From assembly GCA_046563655.1 (NCBI GenBank), contig CM102287.1, forward strand, positions 9,176,001-9,240,000: 64,000 nt of DNA, given 5' to 3'. A model generated the notes under the pieces. The model saw only the letters and a list, made by a program, of their open reading frames with translations, had not been told where the DNA came from and made no database searches. This document shows positions 50,101-61,979 of this stretch, piece after piece (the first letter of the stretch is position 1; every line of letters starts with the position of its first letter). Both the position numbers and the translations under genes were made by a program. This stretch comes from Yuukianura sp. NJ FZ-2021. Its lineage: Eukaryota.

Positions 50101-53100
50101 TGTCCCAGATCCAGATGCGAATCAAGGTGCCCTTGCATTTACTTGTTTTTTAAAGTCCCCCTTCTAAGGGGTCACTCGGGATCCCTTGAATCTGTTCTAA
50201 AAAGAAGGAATTTGGCCAAACAAAGACAGGAAGATGCGAAGGGATCCGGAGTTTATGGCCATAATTTTTTGAATTACTTTTTGAAAAAGTTCTTTTGAAA
50301 TGATGAACTCCCATTTTTAAAAATCTCGATTTTAAAAAAGGAACAATTGAACAAAGTCAGTGTTTGGTGAAGGGTTGGAGGGGGCTCGAAGGCACTCCAA
50401 CAAAACAGGAGGTTCAACCTGAGAATATTTTCAAAATCCGAAAACTTAATCGGGCAGGTACGATTTTTTAGAAAAGCCTTTCTTTGATTTTGTTCAAACA
50501 GACTTTGGAAGAGGATTTGAAAAAGTGCTCAAAATCAACAACACAAGAGACACTTTTGATCAGATTTAGAAAAGCTGAAGATGAAAATATTTTTCTAAAC
50601 AGAATTTGATTGTGTTTCTTTCTAGAACTCTTTGGATCATTCAACGTTTGATTAGTAATTGAAATATTTTCGAAACAAAGTTTCAATCTTTCTTGTATCA
50701 TCTACAAACCCAAAATTCATTTCAATTTTCAAACCTTCAAAGTCACAGAATCTTTCGGAAAATATTTAAATAAATTGTGAGAGACATTTTGCAGTTGATC
50801 TTGATCAAGAAGTAGGTAATGCATAAGCGACCAAATGTAAATGCCAGAATGGAACTTTTTTTTCATAACTCATTTTTTTTTCTTTTTTTAATTTCCAAAT
50901 TAAACTTCAGTGTTCAGTCTTCAGTGTGTGAATTTGAAATGTGAACTGCTGAGGCTATGCAAATAAAAAGTGGAGCGTTTTGATTTCTGTAGTTGACAAA
51001 CAAAATAATTTTTTTTACTTAAAACCGGTTTAGGTTTCAAAATCTGAACACGGCAGCAGTAAGCACTTCCCAAAAAAATGTGAAATGGAGAAGTTCGGTC
51101 AGTAGTGTTGAAACTTCGGAATTGAATGCTGACAGATCTCTGTTTAGAAAAAAGTAAAGATAAACGTTTGCTCTTTTTTTTCAAAATTTGATACGTTGAA
51201 CGTTAGATTTCGAAATGGTAGCACCTCCTTTTGTCAAAATTTGAAGCTGCAGCAGAAAGCGTTTGCTTAAGAAATTTTGAAAGTTGGTTGTATTCAATTT
51301 TTCATTTTGAGTTTCAGTGGGCACGCGACAAGAAATCTTTTGGTCTGAATGGAAAAACAGAAAGAAAAATGCTTGAAAGCAGCATCTGCTTCTGACTGAA
51401 ATTTCAAGAGATTTCACAAGAGAAAATCCAATCCAGGTGGAATTTGTGGTGCAGCAGAAGCAGAGAGGCAGTTGGAAGCTGCAGCACAAAGATCGCTTCC
51501 TCCAGTGACCTCGATTAAAGTCACACGTCACCCAGACACACTAAACACAGGATTAATCAACACTGGAACAAGAGATTAATTAACACTTGCTAATTACTTG
51601 AAGATGACGTGGGCAGGTGACCTGCTTCTGTTTTCAAAAGCACTTCAATACATTGGCGTCGTTTAATCTTCAATCCAGAGATCAAATTCTGGATATTTCC
51701 AGTCAATCACACTCAGAAAAATCCTGATCTTGTTTTTGTTTTTTCTGGAGGTGACTCTTGTTGATCCTCGTCACAGATTTTGATGAATCGATTTTGAACT
51801 TTGGCCTTCGACAAGTCAAACAAACAAGAATTTATTCTTTTCTTCTCCAACTGTCAATGACGCAAGAATGGATTTTTGTTTGACTTTTCATTATGAAAAC
51901 TAAAATGACTCCACTTTTCTTGTCAAAGTGTTCATAATTGCTACACTGAATAGAGTCTGCGTGTGTCGATTGATTGGATAAAGCACACCTTACGCAGAAC
52001 TTACTTTGAGTAAATAGTCGATTCGATGCGTTAGTAGCCATTAGCGTCACTTTAAAAAGATGGACAGCGTCGATTTGAAATTTTTTGGAGCAATGTTTCA
52101 TCCGTTCGAGCATTGACGATTTCATTTGCATCGGAAGCGACAAAGATTGAAAATTATCCATTGCCGGGAAGCGTGTCACTTTGAGAGGGGGAAATTTGAA
52201 TCCTGTGAGACATGACAGTGTCGATTTCCTTTGAATTACAATGGAAAACGATTAGTTTCCATTGAAAAGGGAGATTCCAGGTGAATCTATGATTAATTAT
52301 TGTGGATCACCCTGTACAATGTCCAAACACTTTCCACCTAAACAGTAGCTGTGGCGGCCCTTAAGTGTCCTTTGTGACCCTTAATCCCCCTCCAGGTCAC
52401 TTCGGCAGTCGTCGGTGTGTTCTGAGTGTTGAAGTGACAATTAAGTGTGATTAGGATCATAATTCTGGCTGTCACCCACTTGTCACACCCAGAACTGACA
52501 CTCTGGACACCCAAGTGACGCTTTTCACTTGGAATTCAGATGAACCCTTTAAGGGTACTTTAAATGTGGAGCACATGGATTAAGCCGTGGATTTTCCTTT
52601 TGAAGGGATTGATGACACCTATTTTTGTCATTTTGAATAACTCTCCTCCGCTGAAAAATATTTCGGATCTTGGATTTTCAGGGAAAGTGAACTTCAGTTG
52701 CACAAAATGAACAGGGAGAGGAAGGTTTTGTTTTAAATGAATAAATTTTATTAGGTTTTAAATTAATTTAGAAACTTCGGAACTTCGCGTGGGTTAATTT
52801 AAAAACTGAGTCAGTTGCTGTTTTGCGGAAGCGGGAGTTTTTAAATTCCTGGAGTCACCTGTACTATACCATAAGGCCCCACTTCCGCTTCCTCCATTAA
52901 GGGGTCACTGGGCAGCAGCAGAGGCCCTTAAGGGTCCGTGGCTGTCATGGTTGCGTGCCTCCAAGAACTCACCTGCACAAGACACTCCGCTTCCTCTAAC
53001 TTTCACTCCACTCAACTTCCGACTCTAAATCAGGCGGCACCAGGAAGAATTTCAAAAAACCAACCGACAAAACATCCAAAAATTAAACACAAAGTTTGAC

Positions 53101-56100
53101 GCCGTTTGCAAAAATTCATTTCATAAGGATCAGAGAGAACCACTACAGTTTTGTCAGGTTGCAGGAATTGTACGTATCGACCACAAAATGTGACCTTTGA
53201 CGTTTGGCACTTGTTTTGAAATTGTGTGGCCATGTGTGGCACAGCTTCCGAAGAATCTTCTTAAAAAGAGAACCGATGTATCAAAAATGACACCAACATC
53301 CATAAAAGTCCACAACTTTTTAAACTTTTTAAAACCCTAAAAAAAGTGCCCACTGGAAAATGAATTTTTGAAATCCAAAACCTCGTCTTAAAAATCATTC
53401 ATTAAGCAGCTAACAGCCGCTCGAAAATCCATTCACGAAAACACTCGACTTCTCAAGACGCTAAACATCAGATAGCTCATGGCAAATTGTGTCTTTTTGC
53501 TATACGAAGCTCTGTTACCCAAGTCAGTCGTTGCTAAAAATGCCAGCTTCTGGATTTTTAGAAAAAGTGGTCCAGTTTTCAAAATTAAAAATTCAACGGA
53601 AGAAAGTTTCCCAAGCTCCGTGTGACGCAACTGTGTCGTGATCTGTTTGAATTTCTAAAGACTTGCATTGCATAATTTTAAATTTCCGTTCCTTATTCAC
53701 TCCATTTTTTGCTCCCTTTCAAAAACTTGCTCCACTTTTTTCAACTGTTGCGGCAGGTTCTGAATTTGATCCTTTGAAAGTGTGAGACTTAAAAATCCCC
53801 ATCTCATTAGGAAGCGGATTTGGAAATGCAGAGGAAGAGGAGCCTTGACTGGGAGAAGCAGGGCCCTTAAGGGTCCCACTCTGCAGAATTAATTCCATCC
53901 CACCGATTCCTCCTCACCTGTGGCTCCTATTCCATTCACAAACTGAATCCCAGTGGCTAAGGTTGCAGGAAGACAATGGATCCAAAAGTGCCTGGACAGG
54001 GGGACTCAGATTCCAAGGGCCCTTGAGACCCTGCAGTTTTACAATGAAAACGAAAGGGCATCTCTCTCTTCAAGAAAAGAAAAACTACTCCACCGTTTAC
54101 GCTTCACAGAACATTCTCAATCAAAATCCGAAAAATCGTGGGGAACACATTTCAAAAAACAATCTTCATCAAAGTTAAAATGATGTAACCTGCTGCCGTT
54201 CAAAAAATATGCTTCTGTTGGCAGAGTGTTTAATTTTGAATCGTAGATGCCTCCAACTCCATGTCGAACAAGCAAACAAGTATTTTCTATTTTGAAACAA
54301 ACTTTTACTTTTTCAAAAACAAAATATCGAGGCCAGCATATCCTGGATATGAAAGATCAAATTTTTGTTAGGATTTGATGTTTGAAAGAAAACGAAAGCA
54401 CAGGATGAAGTTTTTTGAAATCAAAACATGAAGGAACCATTGACCCACTTCAAAGCGTCCCTTGACCTAATTTAACGTGTATAACAAATGAACAAACATA
54501 AAAAAGACAAACACGACCAAGTAAAATATTACAAATTCAAAAATTGACAAAATTATTTAACCAGACAAGATATTTCAAAGTTCCGATTTTCAAATTTTGT
54601 TCTACTGGGCGTGTCACGGGATACTGAATAATTCAAACACTTTTTATTTAAAAATGACGAAGCATGAGACTCCATTTGTCGCTGGATTGAATTTCCCCAG
54701 AGAGTGTCCGAGTGGGTTCTAATGAACTATGTCTGCAAATTAATTAAAAGCTCATCGGATCTACGCCCAATTCCACTCCCCACTTCCTCAACCTAATCGT
54801 TAGGCTAAGCCTTAATGGCCTAACCACCTTCCATTCCCACCAACTACTCCCGTAGCCAATCAGAAATCACCCTCTGCCCCACCACATGGCACCCACCAGC
54901 CCCACCAACTCACTCATCCACTGCAGAAACAACCTATAAATTGCGAGGCTCAATTTGAGAGGGAGTAAGACACAGAGATGCTCAGGAGATGATTTGTCAC
55001 TTCCGGAGCAGAGGGCCCTTGGAGGAGCAGGGCCCTTCAAGGGTGCTTGCCATAAGGTCACACACTCCACTCTCAAATGAACACAAATTAACCCCTTTAA
55101 CCCTTTGACTCTAACCACACTCTCTAACAAGATTCTGGATGAAGATCTTAAATGAAATAAGAAACATTTCAAGAAAATTGTAGTTAGCGACTGAATTGTA
55201 TAATAATTATTTTAGTTTATTCAAATGAAATAGACTTTACAAAAATATTTAAAAGCGGAAGCACGTGTGGAGAAAGTAGGTTTGAATTTAGAAGGAAGTG
55301 GCTTCTACTTCTGATTGTTTGTGGAACCAAACACTCAGAATCCAACACACAAAAGTATACACATCTGGAACCAACTGCTCAAACACTTCCTGCGCAGAAG
55401 TAAACAACACTCCAAACACACTGCCACAATCCACCAATCACAACAGTCACAAGCATTTGACCTCTCACTATGTCCAGTCAACATCAATCAAAGTCCCACC
55501 GAACCTCATTACACTTCTCACTCTGACACAAAGCCCCACCCACCCTTGCCCCACCACACTCCAAACGATCCGCCAAGTCACAACACTCCGATTCATTCCA
55601 AAATCACATCAAACGATGCAACACACACAGAATTCCCTCCAACAAACGCTTCACTTTGTTTGAATTTTGCATCAAAGATGCCCGATTCCCGCCTTCTGCT
55701 GGTCACTCTTCCGTTTCATTTGCTTTTCTCTTGTGAATGAAGTTGCGTCTTCAATTCCGAACTTTCTCCGCCCACTTGCGGTTTCTCCCTTTCCGCCCAT
55801 TTCATAAAATTTCAATTCCTCAACAGTTTTTACATTGACCAAACAAAAATGAAATTTCGAAGTTGCGTGTAGCATTGTGTCGCCCGAGTGTCACTTTGGT
55901 TGAGGAAATCCGAAACTGAAGATGCAGAAATGAATGAGGAATTATTCCGTTGGGTGACCCTCAAACGGGACACTTCCACCACAATTCAAAACATCCAAAA
56001 GAAAATAGTCTATGCACAGTGACACAAAAACTAAAGATCACCCGCTGTTTTGAATCATAAAACCAAAATTGAAAATGGACACCTCACGGATACACATTAC

Positions 56101-59100
56101 TCTCCAAATTTAATTTTTACAGATTGTAAAAACCTTTGTGTAGTTAAATTAATTTGGTGAGAAATTATTATTAGCATTTCTTCAGTTGAAAACTCACAGC
56201 GGGGAAACCAATTTTATGTTTTCACACTTTTCAAAATCATGGTTCGATTTTCTAAAATTTTGTTCTCGGAAAAATCAAGGTCAAAGTTAATAAGGACCGT
56301 CACACTTTTCACGGTGCACAAAATTTATAAAATCAAAAATTGCACGTCAACATCTCAACCTTCTATTCTTTTGCAAGGTCAAGTCAGAGGTCACTTGCTC
56401 TCGTTTTGCAAAATTTAAAACCATTTCAGCGTGCCTTTTAAACGCCAAATTTGGTCAAAGATTGAACTTTGATAATAAAAAACAGGTTTTTAAAGTCTAA
56501 CGGCTCGCTCCAGTTCTTTTGTGGTTAAGTGGTTGATCATTGGGCTTCTGCTTCAACCGACTTTAAATTGAGTCTGTCCGTTTGGCATCTGGATGGAAGG
56601 GTCCTTGGGCCCTTAAGGGCCTTGGTCGTGTGGAGGAAGTGTGATTGGTGGCCTTGGGCATTGTTGTGGCCAGTGCTCTGCAACCTGTTGCTGGACAAGG
56701 GAAGTGACTCGAGGCACCTTGCTCCAAGTGCTCCTGGTTTCCTGCTGCCGCAGGATGAACACTTTGTATCTCCCAACTGTTTCCAAAAACAACACAACAG
56801 TCTCCCAAATGTCAAAAAAACAAGACGTGTTTTAAATTTTAAATTTCCTGAATTTTGCGTCCAACTCCTTGCGTCATTTCCTGCGTATAACGTAACCTTG
56901 TTTTTAAATTTTGTTTGTAAAAATTCATATTTTTAAAAGATTCTTGTTATTTTTTCTTGTTATTTCTGTTGATGATGAAATCGTGACCTCTGCTGTGCAT
57001 ATCGCAAGAAATGGAGAGACAATGGACTTGGACCAAGCAGGAATCGATCTCTTTGCAATTGTTATTTTCCCAAATCCGGAACTCCTATTATTCTGTTCAT
57101 CTTGGAAAGTGGATCTCCTGAGGATTGAATCTCCATTTAGAAAGGTCAAACAACCAGAGCAGGAGGTCACCAAACAATCAAATCCAATCTACATCCATTC
57201 AATCTTCATCTAAAGAGTTGTCAAGTTTCAGCTTTCTTTTCAATTTGCAAAAACAATCATTTTAGTATACTCTCCCTTCAATCGGCGAAAGTTAAGTGGT
57301 TTCCACTTGCATTGACATTTTGCAATTTGCGAATGAAATGATCTTTGGTGCCTTAGTTGGATACAGGTCTGCACCTTCAGAAATTTGCACAGTTATTGCA
57401 AAAAATTTGTGCAATTTCTGCCAAAATCCACTTGAAATGATTTTTCAATTAAGAGCAGGTGATTACTACTTCAAAATTCACCTGTACTTTTTAATAACGT
57501 AATTTTTGTAAAGTGCAGATGAACTCAAAATAAAAGCAGCGATAGAAGATACTTCACTTGAAACAAAGTTGCACTAAAACTGAACTTTGACACAATCTAA
57601 TCAGTTTTATCGACAATTTTTAATTAGTTTTTACAGGTGAAATGAACCATGACCTCAATGCGAGCAATGCCCAGTGCAAAAAATTTTGAAAATACTTTAA
57701 AACCAAAAATTCAAGAATTAACTGGTTTTTTGGTTTCTTTTGCGTTTGCCGAGTTTTTTTATGTTTGAAGTTTGACGTTTGAGTTTGGATTTTTAAATTC
57801 TAGCAATAGCAAATCACATTTCAGAATTCAAGAAAAACCCTGGCAGAAGAACCTAACTGGACGCAACTCTCGGTTGGATTTTTTAGAATTCCTGAGGAAT
57901 GTTGTGTGGAATCGAATTTTGAAGCGGATTGTTGAAAGCTTCGAAAAGCATAAAATGTGGTAAAAGGGTGTCAAAATGTCGTAAAAATCAATCTCCCAAC
58001 ACCCGCACTTTGCTCATCTGTTCACAAAGTTTACAGCTCCTGAAATGTCACGTTTACGCTACCGAAATGTCGCCATTTGAAGCACGGCGGAAACATAAAA
58101 AAATTCAAAGTTTTAAAACGACCGAGTAGCAGCTTAAGCCGGATTTTCCACAATTTTGAAAAATTCATAAACTTTGTTTCCAGAATTTAAACAAAAAAAG
58201 CAAAATGCCAAAAAACTAAAAATTAGTTGAATGCCAACTGCTTATTTTTGAATGTTAACTTTTCTATTGTAAAAACTGCTGGCAGATGATGATCTTCCAA
58301 CGAGGAAATTTCAACTTGAAATTTTCAAGTTTCGAAATTGCAATTGTGAAATTTTTGTTCAAAAATAGATTCTTTTTGAAAACCGGTGATGTTTGAAATT
58401 TTACCTCTGTTGTTGTGATGATTGATTGTTTTTGGTTGGTGTGTTGGATCTGTCAATTGGACACTTTCAAAATGACTTCATCTTTCCAAAACTTTTTCTT
58501 CTCAAAAACTGCAAGAACATCGTAAAATTTTGTGTGAAAGACTTGAAGGATGGCTTTATGTGTTGTGGTTAAAACTGTTTTTGAAAAACCTGCAGCAAAA
58601 GATCTTTTCAAAAGTTGAAAACTTCTTTTTCAAAAGAACTAAAATTCAAAAACACACACAAAACGCTCGCGGTTTTATTTTTGTTGCAAAACCACTTTTC
58701 CGAAATCACAAGGTGAGTAATGCAACAAATGGTTTCACAGATGACAGCAAGGAATCGTAAAATTCGACTTAACATTTCTCTCGTTTTAGAACTTCTCAAA
58801 GTCGTAAATTTTTGAAACATTTTTGCAATTCTTTTGCTAAATCTCAAAAGAATTCAAAAAGATCAAATCGAAATAGAATTAGAATTCTTTTTCTCACAAA
58901 GAAAAGCATCTCGGTTTACAAAAGAAAAAAAAAGCCGTTGTATGAAAATAATCTTGTCACGGATCGAAAAAATGGTTTAAATTTTCCGTCGTGACCTCAG
59001 TTGACCTGAATCAATTTGAAATTTCAAGACTTCCTGTGACACGACTCAAGCAGATGAACAGCAGACAAGTGAATTCTGAAGCTCAAAGTTCAAAATTTTG

Positions 59101-61970
59101 AATACTTTATCATAATTTGTCAAAATTTTGAAAACATCAAAGTTTATGATCCGCAGAGGTCACGTGAACAGATAAACAGGTTAACTGAATTTGCAAAATC
59201 AGATCAACACGAAATTTGAAACTTCAAAAATGCACTTTTTAGCACCTAGGTGTAAATTGCTCTTGGAATCACAATATCCCATTACGGTTTTGAAATTTTG
59301 AAAAGTCATTTGACCTTTGACCTCTTCTGGTTCGAACTGTAAAACGACTTGAACTAGATTTCTCTATTTTTATGGGCTGAAAAACATGCGTGTGTCAAAA
59401 AATCATGACAGAACAATAATTACTGTAATTTTTTGCACTTTGCCCGGAGTGACTGCCAGCGTCTGCGCAGAGCAAAGTGTCCAATTGTGCTTTTTTATTT
59501 CCTAGACTAACGGTAAGTGTCATCCCATTGTGATTTGACTGTATTTCGACTTGTCATGCCTAACAATAGACATTTAAGATCTCTCTTCTGTCAAGATCTG
59601 TAGTAAAACAAGGCAATAACAACAAATAATCACGGAACATTTGAATTTGAACGAATTCTGGTGCCATTTTTTGAAAAGCGTTGATTGTCGTCACTTGTTT
59701 ATGGTCAGGTCACGGGGTCACGCATTGATTCAGTTGACCCAGAAGTAACATACGTTTGAGGCGAATTTTTATAGTGTTGAATCCTATTATGAAAAAGTAG
59801 ATCACAAAAAGCCAAAGATTTTGAAAATTTTAAAAAAAATTCGTTTTTTTTTAAATTCCGAAGAAGAGACATAACTTGAAACTCCAAGAATTTCAGAACT
59901 TCGCTGGCTGCATGCAACATTTGTGGTTTTAAATTACTTTTAAAACTAAGATTTTATCAAAAAACGGAAATTTTTTGAGAAAAATGTTAGTTTTGAACAC
60001 ATTTTTTCTCCTTTTTTAAAAAAGTGCTCCAGATCTGATTGGGATCGTTTTGTTGTCATTATGTTCTTTGCGGTTTGTTTGTGGCTCGGATTCCCCTTTG
60101 TTTTCAAAACTTTTTGAAAATGGTTGTGGTTGCCGCCAGAATTGAAAAGTGAAATCTGGAATTTTGGAAGAAGCTTTTGGAAACATTTCAGATTTTGAAC
60201 TTTTTCTTTAAAAGATAAAAACATCTTCAGTCCATCATCAAACAGACCGAAAGCACTATGATCACCCTCTCCTCAGTCAAATCTTCAACTGAAAACCAAT
60301 ATCCAAACAGTGAACTTTTTCTTAAAAACTTTAAAAAAGTTCAGATCTTCCCTAAAAACAGATTATGAACAGTTCGTACGCTTCATTTCACTCAAAACCT
60401 GCCGCTTTTTTTCAAACAATCATTTCACTATCGACGGAGGGTGGAGAAACCATGTGTAACTTTTTAAAAAGTTAAAAAACATTGAAAAGAAAGCATACAA
60501 AAGATGTTTTGAAATCAGGGAGGGTGTGCTTTCTGTTACCGTAAAAATCCTCTTATAGAAGCGTTGCCAATTCTACACAATTTCGAAATTCGGAGCCGTT
60601 AGAAGCTTTTTGAAAAGTTAGGCATTGCGTTTTGTTGTGAAAGTGCAGGTGATTCCAAGCATTGATGAATGCTGAATAGATGCTGGCAGTATTTTTGGTT
60701 GGGATGCTGCAGCAGCTGGACCTTTGACTTTTCATCTCCTGGATTTGTACAGAGTGGATCGAATGCATAGGCAGAAATCATGTTCTGAAGGACGACACTT
60801 TATTCCATGAGCATTTTGAGTGTGACAATGGACGTTGCGAGGGAGACGCGAGTGGAAGTGGCCCTTGAGGGCCCAGGGCTCGCGCCAGGTCGATGCTGGT
60901 CGCGCGAGCTAAGGGCCCTCCCCACCCCCGGTTCAATTGAAATGCTGGGAAGAATGGGGCAGAGGGGCGGGGAAGAGGCAGTGATTGGAAGGGAGAAGCA
61001 GCTGCCGAGTAACGCAATGCAGAACAAATAAAACCCGGGAGATTCAAAGATCTTTGGCTTCATCCCCGAAATTCCGGACTGTGCTTTGAGCCAAGGACTT
61101 AAGGGCCTGGTGTTTGGCGGAAGCCTTAGGAGGGGGCCCTTCAATAGAGTCCCTCCGCCACAAGCTACTTGCACAACAAAACGCAAAGTTGGCAAAGTGC
61201 AACGGTCAAAAAATCACTAATTTTGAATCCCCCTAAAATTAGGGGAGGGGTCCCTTAGCATCAAAATTTCAAAAAAAAAAACAGCATTTTTCTTTCACCG
61301 AAAAACTTTAGAAGGGACGCGTTTAGGAAAAAACTGAAATGCTGAACTGATGTTAGAATTTATTGTACAGTAAAAGTAACTTGCTTCTTATAAATATTCA
61401 TGTGTACCCTTAAGGGCCCTCAATTACTGAAAATGAAGATGTGATTTTTTAAACATAATCAACATCTTTCCCTTACTGCTTTAGCTTTTGTAGTTAAAGG
61501 GTTCTTCGGTTAGTTTTTGTGTCGTTGTCAACATGATTTTGACGATTCTTTTTTACTTTTAAGGGCTCCAGGAGCCCTTGAGTTTTTCCAGAGTTAAATG
61601 CCTCCGAAATTTCGGTTTTTAAACATCCTCACCTGTTCGGGGGGTGAGTGACAGGAGGGCAAGTGAAGGCTAGGTTAGGCTCCTCCTTCTTTTTTCGTTG
61701 GTTCAACGGAAGCTTAAGGGGTCCCTTAAGGTTAAGCGAAGTACCCTCTCCCCCCTGTTCCGAGGCCCTTTAAACCGAAAGTGTTTGAAAGAAGCTCCAC
61801 TTCAAAAGTTCCACTCTCGGATTGAAACCAGTCAGCTCTCGAACTTCTCAAATCATTTGCTCAGTCGAGGCGAACCAGATCAGACGTGCTTTTGCAAAGA
61901 AGTCTTATTTGTCCAGAACAATAACATAACAAAACAAGTTTAAAAGTGACCAGTGACCCTTAAGTACCCC
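38137..61970. promoter_or_regulatory. About 24-kb gene-free putative cis-regulatory domain between the two snail paralogs
   Basis: No credible ORFs. GC-richer islands carry dozens of TTAAG(G/T)NYCC / GGRNMCTTAA motifs, about 20 CAGGTG E-boxes, Su(H)-type sites and DR1 elements. Confidence 0.7.
61853..61887 (+). promoter_or_regulatory. Inr + DPE core promoter of snail copy 2
   Basis: TCATTT (TCAKTY Inr, +1 = 61855) with AGACG (RGWYV DPE) exactly at +28 to +32 (61882-61886), 125 bp upstream of ATG 61980. Confidence 0.7.
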
Positions 61971-61979
61971 TCAGGTCAA

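Noticed and set aside
49816..50298. 160-aa ORF
   Set aside because: TTG start, composition like non-coding DNA, overlaps motif clusters, no recognisable homology.
51832..52179. 115-aa minus-strand ORF
   Set aside because: No recognisable motif or supporting splice structure; cannot be supported as a gene.
55298..55740. Overlapping 121- and 141-aa ORFs
   Set aside because: Strongly C/A-skewed low-complexity DNA lacks stop codons by composition; no ATG start or recognisable domain.
38137..61970. TTAA-containing motifs as piggyBac ends or footprints
   Set aside because: piggyBac ends read TTAA-CCC...GGG-TTAA, whereas the motif is CCC-TTAA-GGG, with no extended TIRs or shared flanks. The single AGGGTTAACTTAACCCT near 39874 is not enough.
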